64,000 bases of DNA from an uncultured Actinomycetota bacterium (GTDB lineage: Bacteria; Actinomycetota; Actinomycetes; Propionibacteriales; Nocardioidaceae): assembly GCA_963780275.1 (NCBI GenBank), contig CAWABE010000003.1, forward strand, positions 124,958 to 188,957, in the 5' to 3' direction. The notes below the pieces were generated by a model. That model was given only the letters and a program-made list of their open reading frames with translations. It ran no database searches and had not been told where the DNA came from. Below are positions 29,089 through 37,992 of this stretch, one piece after another; positions within the stretch are counted from its first letter, which is position 1; each line of letters opens with the position of its first letter. A program made the position numbers and the translations under genes.

Positions 29089-30474
29089 TCAGGTTCCAGC
29101 CATGGCGCTGAGCCGTTCGACGGCCGGCCCGACGTTGGTCAGGTAACGCGTGAGCGCGTCCTGCATGAGCGGTTCGTCGAGGTGCTCGGGGAGCGCACGC
29201 ATCAGATTCAGGCGGCTCGACCCGACCCACGAGTCCACCTCGGGATCCTGCGACCAGCCAAGCTGGGACAGCCAGGTGATGCGCATCATCGGACCCCAGT
29301 CCTCGATGCTGGTGGGGTGCGGGTTGGGCGGGCTCAGCCGGTTCTTGTCCTCGGCGGACGCATCGCGCGACTCGATGAAGCCCAACAGCGCGGCATTGAA
29401 GGGAGGCGACCCGTAGCGCACCTGCTGCAGCACGATCCGGTGGTCATCGAAGATGGGAACGGCTTTCGAGGCGCGCAAGCCGATCGCCGAACAGTCCACA
29501 TGAAGGACGTCCGAGCCAGTCGACACCTCGCCGTCGTCGAGCACGAGGCGATCCGCTTCGATCGAATGCACCCGGCCGAGTCGGACGACGTCCTCGATCT
29601 GTCGCAAGTCCTCGAGCTCAGGCTGGCTGAGCATGGTCGCGCGGAACATCGTCGGCCAGACGCCGGGATCGATTCTCATCAGGCGCCCGGAGGCTTCGAG
29701 CCGTTCGAACCGGTCGGTCAGGTCGCTGGCTTCCGCGGCTGCCTCCGCGTCGCGGGAGATGCCCTCCATGGTCTGCGCCACCTGATCGAGCGGTTGCAGG
29801 TGGGCACGGTCGTTGAACCACATGTCCCGGGGGCGAACCCATCGGATCCGGTCGGGGTCCACGCCGTTGTCGAGCAGCCACAGGCAGGCATCGACGCTGG
29901 TCTTTCCGGCACCGATGACGGTGAACTGCTGGTAGGCATCGGCGACATCGGGCAGGGCGTTGAGGGGCTCGAACGATGCCGCGGATGCCACGGAGAAGGA
30001 GGGTCGGTGCGTGGCGGGGATGGAGGACTCGAGGTAGGTCGCGTCGACGACCTTGCGGCGCACCCGCACCGTGTTGACGTCGCCGCTCGTGAGGTTGCGG
30101 ACCTCGTGCTCCGCCGCGTCGCCGCCGAGATAGTCGTGGCCCCCGAGGAACCGTGCGCGCCCGGTCGACACGAGGCGATCGACGGCGATGTCGAAGTAGT
30201 CGCAGATCTCCAGTGCATCCGCCTGCTCGTAGAAGCCGGCGTTCCGGCCCGACTCGATCAGCTGATCGCCGCCCAGAGGCATCGAGTTCACGCCGTAGTA
30301 CGCCGACGGCGAGTGCAGTCGGACGAACGGGTAGGCATTCCGCCAGTGCCCGCCCGGACGTTCGCGCCGATCCACGAGTACGACGTCGACGTCGGCCTCG
30401 CTCAGCAATGAGTCGGCGAACGCGAGGCCGCTGGCCCCCGCGCCGACGACCAGGTAGTCGGTCTCGATGTCCAT
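29089..30474 (-). CDS. NAD(P)/FAD-dependent oxidoreductase
   Basis: [26 protein letters not shown], second IGAGKT motif. Confidence 0.85.
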   Translation of the reverse strand: MDIETDYLVVGAGASGLAFADSLLSEADVDVVLVDRRERPGGHWRNAYPFVRLHSPSAYYGVNSMPLGGDQLIESGRNAGFYEQADALEICDYFDIAVDRLVSTGRARFLGGHDYLGGDAAEHEVRNLTSGDVNTVRVRRKVVDATYLESSIPATHRPSFSVASAASFEPLNALPDVADAYQQFTVIGAGKTSVDACLWLLDNGVDPDRIRWVRPRDMWFNDRAHLQPLDQVAQTMEGISRDAEAAAEASDLTDRFERLEASGRLMRIDPGVWPTMFRATMLSQPELEDLRQIEDVVRLGRVHSIEADRLVLDDGEVSTGSDVLHVDCSAIGLRASKAVPIFDDHRIVLQQVRYGSPPFNAALLGFIESRDASAEDKNRLSPPNPHPTSIEDWGPMMRITWLSQLGWSQDPEVDSWVGSSRLNLMRALPEHLDEPLMQDALTRYLTNVGPAVERLSAMAGT

Positions 30475-30528
30475 GGCTTCTCCTGTACGAAAGCACGTTC
30501 ACGGTAGCGGTCTTGTAGGGTCCGATCG

Positions 30529-31275
30529 ATGAAGATCGCCGAAGCCGCCCGCGGGGTCTTCGCCGTCGAGGGCTCCGCCGTCAACTGGACCCTGATCGCC
30601 GAGGGTGACGCGCTGACGCTCGTCGATGCGGGGTACCCGGGCGACCACGACGAGGTGCTGGCGTCGATCGGCGAGATCGGCCATCGGCTCAGTGACGTCG
30701 AGGCCGTGCTCGTCACGCACGCCCACATCGATCACATCGGCTCGCTTCCGCGACTGCTCGAGCAGCACCCGGTGCCGGTGCTGCTGTCGCCGATCGAGGC
30801 GCGGCACGCCCGACGCGAGTACCTCGAGCAAGCCGGCACGGCGGACGTGGTGCGCAACCTGTGGCGACCACGGGTGCTGCCCTGGGCTCTGCACGTCATG
30901 CGCAAGGGCGCCATGAACGATCGAGGCGTCCCGACAGCGACGGACTTCGGTGCGGTGCTCGGCACGGGGAATGTCATCGACGTGCCCGGCCGTCCGGTGC
31001 CGATCGCGACGCCCGGACACACCAGCGGCCACACCGCCTACCTGGTGCCCGGAGCCAGGGTGCTGCTCACCGGGGACGCTCTCGTGACCGGCCATCCGCT
31101 GAGCGCCTCCACGGGCTCGCAGAAGCTCATGACGTTCTTCCACCACGATGTCGACGCCATGGACGCCTCGCTCGACGCGATCGCGGAGGTCGACGCGGAT
31201 GCCGTCGTGCCGGGCCACGGCCCGGTGTTCCGCGGGTCGCCACGCGACGCCGTGGACCAGCTCAGGCGCGGCTGA
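30529..31275 (+). CDS. MBL-fold metallo-hydrolase
   Basis: THAHIDHIG, TPGHTSGH, TGDAL, VPGHG. Confidence 0.93.
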   Translation: MKIAEAARGVFAVEGSAVNWTLIAEGDALTLVDAGYPGDHDEVLASIGEIGHRLSDVEAVLVTHAHIDHIGSLPRLLEQHPVPVLLSPIEARHARREYLEQAGTADVVRNLWRPRVLPWALHVMRKGAMNDRGVPTATDFGAVLGTGNVIDVPGRPVPIATPGHTSGHTAYLVPGARVLLTGDALVTGHPLSASTGSQKLMTFFHHDVDAMDASLDAIAEVDADAVVPGHGPVFRGSPRDAVDQLRRG

Positions 31276-32212
31276 CGCGACGAGCGAGCCGCCACAGGAT
31301 CCACACGACGAGTGCGACCGCGAGCCACGGCGCGAGCACGCCGGCCAGCGACACGATGCCGTTCACCGTGTCGACGAGGGCGTCCCAGCCCCTGGTCAGC
31401 CCGCCCTGGAACCCGCCGGGGGAGACCGAGGAGGCCGACCCCTTCTGGACGAGCTGCACGTGCAGCGTCGAGAGCGTGACCTGATCGGTGAGCGCCTTGC
31501 GCTGGGCCTGCAGGCTCTCCAGCTGTACCTGCCGCTGCGTCAGCGCGTTCTCGGCGCGGACCACCTCGGCACTGGAGCCGGCCTCGGCCAGGATCTTCTC
31601 CAGTCGGTCGATCGAGATCTCGAGTGCCTTGATGCGGGCGTCGAGGTCCCGGCCCTGCGTGGTGACGTCCTCGTTCTGCACGTCCACCGTGCCGATGTCG
31701 CCGTACGTGGCGAGCTCGGCGAGCGCTTCGGACATCTGGCCGCTCGGCACCCGGACGGTCAACGACGCGGACGCGCGCCCCTCGTCGTCCTTGCTCTCGG
31801 TGCGGCCGTCGATCCGTCCCGAGGCCGCCTCGACCCAGACGGCGAATCGCTCGGCGACGTCGCGGGGATCGTCCACCGTCACGTCGACGCTGCCGGTGGT
31901 GACGACCTCGCGCTCGTCCAGCGCAGTCGACTCCGGCGCAGCCTGCTCGGCTCGGCTGCCCGCACTGTCCTCGTTGCCTCCGGCATCAGCGGGCGACTGG
32001 CCAGCACCGAGCGAGTCCGACTGTCCACTGTTCGGGTTGGTCAGCTGCGAGAAGCCCACCCCGCCGATGACGACGACGAAGCAGGCCGTGGCCAGCACGC
32101 CCAGGCCGCGACGGGTGCGGCGGCCCCGTCGGGCCACGTCGTCGTCGACGCTGTTCATGATCGAGGAGCGCATCGCGTCGATGCGACGCTCGTCGAGCTC
32201 TGGAGTGGTCAT
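31262..32212 (-). CDS. DUF4349-domain membrane protein (candidate anti-sigma factor)
   Basis: Short N-terminus, TM, REVVTTGSV, LTVRVPS, DVTTQGRDLDARIKAL, C-terminal TM; ATG overlaps the sigma-factor stop. Confidence 0.8.
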   Translation of the reverse strand: MTTPELDERRIDAMRSSIMNSVDDDVARRGRRTRRGLGVLATACFVVVIGGVGFSQLTNPNSGQSDSLGAGQSPADAGGNEDSAGSRAEQAAPESTALDEREVVTTGSVDVTVDDPRDVAERFAVWVEAASGRIDGRTESKDDEGRASASLTVRVPSGQMSEALAELATYGDIGTVDVQNEDVTTQGRDLDARIKALEISIDRLEKILAEAGSSAEVVRAENALTQRQVQLESLQAQRKALTDQVTLSTLHVQLVQKGSASSVSPGGFQGGLTRGWDALVDTVNGIVSLAGVLAPWLAVALVVWILWRLARRVSRA

Positions 32213-32775
32213 GATGTCTCCCTCATGGAACGCAGGTCGGCGCGCAGGCGGGTCCGCAGCCGGTGCAGGCGATTGCGGACGACCGCGTGCGAGACGCCGA
32301 GCTCGCGGGCGGCCTGCTCGTAGGTGCGATCTCCCTCGACGCACAGCTCGTAGAGCCGCTGGTCGTTCGGCCTCAACGCAGCCACGGCCTTGTCGATCTC
32401 CGCTCGTACCTGCGCCGCCTCGATCTCCTGCTCGACGGATGAGTCGGCACCCTCTGGCGCGTTCTCGTCCAGCGGCTCGCTGCGTCGTCGTGCCGCCCGC
32501 CGGTTGGCGTTGAGCGCGGTGTAGCGCGCCGTCACCAGCAGCCAGGGCAACAGCGAGCCGTCGACCGGGGTGATGGCGCGGATCCGGCGCCATGTGGTGA
32601 CGAAGACGTCCTGGGTGACCTCTTCGGCCTCGCCGGCGTCGCGCACCATCGAGTACGACTGCCAGTACACCGGTCGCACGTGCCGGTCGAACAGCTCGGC
32701 GAACGCGCGCCGGTCGCCCGACTGCGCGCGAGAGAGCAGCTCGACGTCGTCAGCGACCTCGGTCACGGGGCTCAT
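32209..32775 (-). CDS. ECF RNA polymerase sigma factor
   Basis: AFAELFDRH, AEEVTQDVF, LLPWLLVTAR, region 4 YEQAARELGVSHAVVRNRLHR. Confidence 0.92.
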   Translation of the reverse strand: MSPVTEVADDVELLSRAQSGDRRAFAELFDRHVRPVYWQSYSMVRDAGEAEEVTQDVFVTTWRRIRAITPVDGSLLPWLLVTARYTALNANRRAARRRSEPLDENAPEGADSSVEQEIEAAQVRAEIDKAVAALRPNDQRLYELCVEGDRTYEQAARELGVSHAVVRNRLHRLRTRLRADLRSMRETS

Positions 32776-32863
32776 ACCTCTTCCATGTCGATTCCGGGCT
32801 CACCGTCTCACGGTGGGGGCACGAATCCCGGGCCTAGACTCAGGTGGTGATGAGGGAGTCGGC

Positions 32864-33388
32864 GTGAGGCTTCGGGCGCGGATCCTGCTGGCCGCCGTCG
32901 CGGCCGCGCTGGCGCTTGCCGTCGCCGTGCCGATCATCGGCGACGATGAGCGGGTCGATCCGTACCTGAACTTCGTCACCGCCCACCTCGACGTCCTGCC
33001 CACCGAACCACAGGCCGTGTCGTCGGACGCGAAGTTCTCGCGCACCATCGCCAAGTTCACCGATCTCGAGAGCGTCGACCCCGCCCTGGACGCCTGCGCC
33101 GGGCCGGTGGCGGTGCATCTCGGCGACGGCTACCCCAGGCTCGTCGCCGAGCACGACTACTGCGGCGGCTCCAGCTGGATCCCCAGGCTCGACACCAACG
33201 ATGTCGTCCGGCTGGCCGGCCCCGGCGTCGAGGCGGGCCTCTACGCCACCGAGACGGTCAAACACGTCCCGCGCTACGACTCGACCGTGAAGGACGTGCC
33301 GGAGGGCGACATCGTGCTCCAGACCTGTGTCTCGAAATCGACGATGGTGCTCGTCGCCCTGCGGTACGCCGCTCCGGCGACCGCTTGA
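32864..33388 (+). CDS. Membrane-anchored hypothetical protein with sortase-like His/Cys motifs
   Basis: N-terminal hydrophobic anchor; VAEHDYCGG and IVLQTC. Confidence 0.55.
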   Translation: MRLRARILLAAVAAALALAVAVPIIGDDERVDPYLNFVTAHLDVLPTEPQAVSSDAKFSRTIAKFTDLESVDPALDACAGPVAVHLGDGYPRLVAEHDYCGGSSWIPRLDTNDVVRLAGPGVEAGLYATETVKHVPRYDSTVKDVPEGDIVLQTCVSKSTMVLVALRYAAPATA

Positions 33389-33441
33389 CAGTCATCCAGG
33401 TGTTGTCAAGCGGCTTGACATCCGCTACTTTGATGTCAAGC
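33381..33441 (+). promoter_or_regulatory. alkB promoter with two tandem palindromic operators
   Basis: GCTTGACA-N13-TGTCAAGC at 33383-33411 and again at 33413-33441; candidate promoter TTGTCA(33403)-17 nt-TACTTT(33426). Confidence 0.8.
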
Positions 33442-33461
33442 GACCCAAGGAGTACGTCACC

Positions 33462-34670
33462 ATGACGATCGAAGCCACCGTCGACGGTCAGCTCGTCCGC
33501 TGGCGCGACAGCAAGCGCTACCTCTGGCTCCTCGGAGCCGTCATCCCGCTGATCCCGATGGCCATGTGGGGCCTGTACGCCTGGACCGGCTCGACGCTCG
33601 CGTGGTTCTTCGGGCCGTTCTTCGTGTTCGTGCTGATCCCGATCTTCGACCTTCTGGCCGGTCTCGACCCGAACAACCCTCCCGACGAGATCATCGAGGC
33701 GCTGGAGGAGGACCGGTACTACCGGTGGATCACCTATGCGTTCATCCCGCTGCAGCTGGTGGGCCTCATCTGGGGCGCCTACCTGCTCGGCGGCGGCACA
33801 CTGCCCGGCATCGATGACCCCCTGACGGTGGTGCAGAAGATCGGCCTCGCCACCGGGCTGGGCATGGTCGCCGGCATCGGCATCAACACCGCGCACGAGC
33901 TGGGCCACAAGAAGGAGCAGATGGAGCGGTGGGCCGCGCGGGTGGCCCTGGCCCAGACGTTCTACGGCCACTTCTACATCGAGCACAACCGCGGCCATCA
34001 CGTCCGCGTCGCCACGCCGCCCGATCCGGCGAGCGCGCGACTCGGCGAGACCGTCTGGGAGTTCTTCCCCCGCACCGTGTGGGGCAGCCTCCGCAGTGCC
34101 TGGGGCCTGGAGAAGAAGCGCATGGATCGCCGCGGCAACTCCCCGTGGTCGCTGCGCAGCGACCTGATCAACGCCTGGGCGTTCTCCGTGGTGCTCTGGG
34201 GCGGCCTGATGATCGCCTTCGGGTGGGAGATCCTCCCGTACCTCGTGATCCAGGCGGTGCTCGGCATCGCGTTGCTGGAGTCGGTCAACTACCTCGAGCA
34301 CTACGGCATGAAGCGTGAGCTGCTCGACTCCGGACGCTACGAGCGTCCCAACCCCAGCCACAGCTGGAACAGCAACAACATCGGCACCAACGTGCTGCTG
34401 TATCACCTGCAGCGGCACAGCGACCACCACGCCAACCCGACCCGGCGCTATCAGGCGCTCCGCGACTTCAAGGAGGCGCCGGCCCTGCCCACGGGATATG
34501 CCGGGATGATCGTGCTGTCGTGGATCCCGGCCATCTGGCGCAAGGTCATGGACCACCGCGTGGTCGACCACTTCGACGGCGACATCTCGCGCGCCAACCT
34601 GCACCCGCGCACGGAGCCGAAGTACGTGGCCAAGTACGGATCCGGAGCCGTGAGCCAGGAGGCGGCATGA
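33462..34670 (+). CDS. alkB: Alkane 1-monooxygenase
   Basis: His boxes HELGHK, EHNRGHH, NYLEHYG, LQRHSDHHA. Confidence 0.97.
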   Translation: MTIEATVDGQLVRWRDSKRYLWLLGAVIPLIPMAMWGLYAWTGSTLAWFFGPFFVFVLIPIFDLLAGLDPNNPPDEIIEALEEDRYYRWITYAFIPLQLVGLIWGAYLLGGGTLPGIDDPLTVVQKIGLATGLGMVAGIGINTAHELGHKKEQMERWAARVALAQTFYGHFYIEHNRGHHVRVATPPDPASARLGETVWEFFPRTVWGSLRSAWGLEKKRMDRRGNSPWSLRSDLINAWAFSVVLWGGLMIAFGWEILPYLVIQAVLGIALLESVNYLEHYGMKRELLDSGRYERPNPSHSWNSNNIGTNVLLYHLQRHSDHHANPTRRYQALRDFKEAPALPTGYAGMIVLSWIPAIWRKVMDHRVVDHFDGDISRANLHPRTEPKYVAKYGSGAVSQEAA

Positions 34671-34903
34671 GTCAGTTCATCTGCCCGAACTGCGAGTACG
34701 TCTACGACGAGGACACTGGCGATGAGCACGAGGGCTGGCCCCCGGGAACCCCGTTCGCCGAGATCGACCCCGACTGGACCTGCCCCGACTGCGGCGTCCG
34801 TGAGCAGGTCGACTTCCTGCCGATCGAGGAGTTCGAGCACAACGACCAGGACGGCAACATCATCTCCGCTGAGACCCGCGCCAAGCCCGCCGAGGGCTCA
34901 TGA
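34667..34903 (+). CDS. rubA: Rubredoxin, AlkG1-type
   Basis: CPNCEYVYD...WTCPDCGVREQVDF; ATGA-coupled to alkB. Confidence 0.92.
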   Translation: MSQFICPNCEYVYDEDTGDEHEGWPPGTPFAEIDPDWTCPDCGVREQVDFLPIEEFEHNDQDGNIISAETRAKPAEGS

Positions 34904-35517
34904 CCGTCAGCTTCCGAGCCGAGGTCCAGGGGTTGCTGCGCGAGCGGTTGCTCGACGCGGCCTACGAGATGATCGAGGCGTCCGGCTGGTCGTCGGTCAC
35001 CATGTCGAAGCTGGCGGCCGCCGTCGGTGTGAGCCGCCAGACGGTGCACACGGAGGTCGGCACCCGGCACAAGCTGGCCGAGGCCCTCGCCTTGCGCGAG
35101 CTGGCGCGCTTCCTCGACCTCGTCCGAGGCAGGCTCGCCGCCGAGACCGACCTGACGGAGGGCATCCGCGCCACCTGTTGTGGCGTGCTGGAGATGGCGC
35201 AGAGCAGTGTGCTGATACGCACGGTCTTCGGCTCCGTGACCAGTGAGAACGACGCCGACTTCCTGGCCATCCTGACCACCGAGTCAGGCGAGATCATCGA
35301 GGCCGCGGTGGCCGTGGTCACCGGCTCCGTACGTGAGCACTACGCGCCGTTGCCGCTCACCGATGCCGAGCTCGACGTCGCGGCCGAGGCGATCGTCCGG
35401 CTCGTCCTGTCGGCGATCACTCGTCCGTCCAAGCCGCCGGCCGAAGCGGCCGACGACATCGCATGGGTCATCGAGCTCGCACTCGCCGGCGCGAAGGCGC
35501 GGCAAGGCACGAGCTAG
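34900..35517 (+). CDS. TetR family regulator of the alk operon (AlkX/AlkU-like)
   Basis: LRERLLDAA, GWSSVTMSKLAAAVGVSRQTVHTEVG; last gene of alkB-rub-tetR. Confidence 0.88.
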   Translation: MTVSFRAEVQGLLRERLLDAAYEMIEASGWSSVTMSKLAAAVGVSRQTVHTEVGTRHKLAEALALRELARFLDLVRGRLAAETDLTEGIRATCCGVLEMAQSSVLIRTVFGSVTSENDADFLAILTTESGEIIEAAVAVVTGSVREHYAPLPLTDAELDVAAEAIVRLVLSAITRPSKPPAEAADDIAWVIELALAGAKARQGTS

Positions 35518-37067
35518 ATCCAGCGGTCGAACCACATCCGGTTCCGCCAGGCGTCGTAAGGGATCAGCTCATAGGTCCAGATCGGGAAGAAGTACCAGAA
35601 GCCGATCACCACGGCGCTGGTCAGCATGCCGCCGGCCAGCCACACGGCATAGCGACCGTGCGGTGATGTCAGGCGCCGGCGGGCGAGGTCGATCGCCAGG
35701 CAGAGCGCGATGATCATGAACGGCAGCGATGCCACCGCGTAGAAGGAGAAGATCGGCCGGTTCAGCACGAGCAGCCACGGAACCCAGGTGGCGACGATGC
35801 CGAGGACCGGCACCGACCAGCGCCAGTCACGTTCGGCGATCCAGGCGAAGACCGCGCCCACGGATGCCGCCAGCGCCGGCCACCACACCGCCGGGTTGCC
35901 GAGGATCAGCGTCTCTCGCATGCAGCTGGACGATGCCGCAGCGCCGCACTGGTCGGCCGGCACGTCCAGCTTCACCGCGACACTCACCGGCCGGTCGAGG
36001 GCGAGCCAGCCCCAGGCCCGGGACTGGTAGTCGTGCGACTGGGCGGCGAGATAGTCGCCGGTGTGGAAGTTGAACGTCATCACGTGGTAGTTCCACAGCG
36101 ATCGCAGCGAGTCCGTCACCTGGCCCAGCAGGCCGGAGGACGGGTTCTTCACGTACGAGCCCCACGCCGGTTCGTCGCCGTACCCCATGCCGAAGCGCTG
36201 CTCGTAGACGTCATGGTGGAGCAGCCAGCCAGACCACGTGGCGACGTAGACGAAAGCGGCGACGCCAACCAGTGTCACGAAGGCCGGGACACCAGCCGCC
36301 ATGGCCGAGGTGATGAAGGCCCGGCGCCTGATGGTGACGTGACGGCCGACGACGGTGCGCCGATGATGTCGTCGCGCGACGACCTCCCAGACGACCACGG
36401 CGACGCCGAAAACGGCTAACACGTAGACCCCGCTCCACTTGGTGCCACAGGCCAGGCCCAGGCAGACGCCGGCCAGCAGCTGCCACGGCCGGAACAGCCG
36501 GAGTCCATCGAGCCGAGCCGTCATCCAGTCGTGATCGGCGACGAGGCACGCCACCGCGCAGACGATCCAGAACGTCAGGAACCCGTCGAGCAGGGCCAGC
36601 CGGGACATCACGAAGTGCGCGCCGTCGAGCGCCAGGAGGAGCCCGGCCAGGCAGCCGATGACGGTGGAGCCGGTCAGGCGTCGCACCAGCCGGGCGAGCA
36701 CCAGCACGGTCAGCGCTCCGACGACAGCGGCGCTGACCCGCCAGCCGAACGAGTCCATCCCGAACGCCGCCTCACCCAGGGCGATCAACCACTTGCCGGC
36801 CTCCGGGTGGACGATCTGGGTGGGCTGTCCGGTGAGGAACAGGTCGCTCAGGTTTCCGGCGGCGATCCGCTGGTCGGCCTTCTCGACGGCATCCTGGGCG
36901 TACCCGGCCTCGAGCATCGACCACGCCTGCTTGGCGTAGTACGTCTCGTCGAAGGACAGCGTCCGCGGCCGCTCGAGGTGCCAGAGTCGCCCGCCGAGCG
37001 CGAGCGCCGCGACCGCCAGTGGTCCGAGCCACCCCCACAGGCGCCCGCGGCGGTCGGTCTCGGTCAC
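35514..37067 (-). CDS. pmt: Dolichyl-phosphate-mannose--protein O-mannosyltransferase
   Basis: FDETYYA, VHPEAGKW, FGWR, SRLALLDG, KWSG, GNPAVWW, FSFY, W..RMWFDRWI; divergent from rsmI. Confidence 0.92.
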   Translation of the reverse strand: MTETDRRGRLWGWLGPLAVAALALGGRLWHLERPRTLSFDETYYAKQAWSMLEAGYAQDAVEKADQRIAAGNLSDLFLTGQPTQIVHPEAGKWLIALGEAAFGMDSFGWRVSAAVVGALTVLVLARLVRRLTGSTVIGCLAGLLLALDGAHFVMSRLALLDGFLTFWIVCAVACLVADHDWMTARLDGLRLFRPWQLLAGVCLGLACGTKWSGVYVLAVFGVAVVVWEVVARRHHRRTVVGRHVTIRRRAFITSAMAAGVPAFVTLVGVAAFVYVATWSGWLLHHDVYEQRFGMGYGDEPAWGSYVKNPSSGLLGQVTDSLRSLWNYHVMTFNFHTGDYLAAQSHDYQSRAWGWLALDRPVSVAVKLDVPADQCGAAASSSCMRETLILGNPAVWWPALAASVGAVFAWIAERDWRWSVPVLGIVATWVPWLLVLNRPIFSFYAVASLPFMIIALCLAIDLARRRLTSPHGRYAVWLAGGMLTSAVVIGFWYFFPIWTYELIPYDAWRNRMWFDRWI

Positions 37068-37152
37068 GATGTTGATCGTAGGCGCTCCGCGCCCGGGCAG
37101 ATCGTCTTGGCTCGGCGTCCGGTGCGGTCGCCGTGGCTGGCACGATGGGCCC

Positions 37153-37992
37153 GTGCTCGTGCTCGCCGCCACACCCATCGGACGCGTCACGGACGCGTCG
37201 CCGCGGCTGGCGCAGATGCTTGCCTCGGCCGATGTCGTGGCCGCCGAGGACACCCGGCGGTTGAAGCGGCTCGCGTCGGACCTCGGCGTCACGGTCGGAG
37301 GACGTGTGGTGTCGTACTTCGAGGGCAACGAGCGCGAGCGGACGCCGGAGCTCGTGAACGCCGTTGCTGCCGGGAGCACCGTGCTGCTCGTCACCGATGC
37401 CGGCATGCCCAGCGTCTCCGACCCTGGCTACCGGCTGGTCTCGGCCTGCGTCGACGCCGGCCTGGACGTCACGGCCATACCCGGACCGTCAGCCGTGCTC
37501 ACCGCTCTCGTCCTGTCCGGCCTGCCGGTCGACCGCTTCTGCTTCGAAGGGTTCGCGCCCCGCAAGGCTGGCGAACGTCGCCGGGTGCTCGGCGCGCTGC
37601 GTCGGGAACCGCGCACGATGGTGTTCTTCGAGTCGCCGCATCGCACCGGGGCGACGCTCGTCGCGATGGCCGAGGCGTTCGGTTCCGATCGGCGCGGCGC
37701 GGTCTGCCGCGAGCTCACCAAGACGTACGAGGAGGTGGCTCGTGGAACGCTCGCGGAGCTCGTGACGTGGGCCGAGGGCCAGGAGCACGGGGTTCGCGGC
37801 GAGGTCACCCTCGTCGTCGCCGGGGCGGCCGAGGAGGTACGCGAGCACACCCCGGACGATCTCCGCGAGCTCGTCGCCGAGGCGGAGGCCGACGGGCTGA
37901 GTCGCAAGGACGCGATCGCCCGGGTAGCCGATGAGACCGGCGTCCGCCGCCAGGAGGTCTACTCGGCTGCTCACGCCCGCTCACTAGGATGA
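37153..37992 (+). CDS. rsmI: 16S rRNA (cytidine1402-2'-O)-methyltransferase
   Basis: ATPIG, AEDTRR, VTDAGMPSVSDPG, IPGPSA, FESPHR, RELTKTYEE, RGEVTLV. Confidence 0.95.
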   Translation: MLVLAATPIGRVTDASPRLAQMLASADVVAAEDTRRLKRLASDLGVTVGGRVVSYFEGNERERTPELVNAVAAGSTVLLVTDAGMPSVSDPGYRLVSACVDAGLDVTAIPGPSAVLTALVLSGLPVDRFCFEGFAPRKAGERRRVLGALRREPRTMVFFESPHRTGATLVAMAEAFGSDRRGAVCRELTKTYEEVARGTLAELVTWAEGQEHGVRGEVTLVVAGAAEEVREHTPDDLRELVAEAEADGLSRKDAIARVADETGVRRQEVYSAAHARSLG

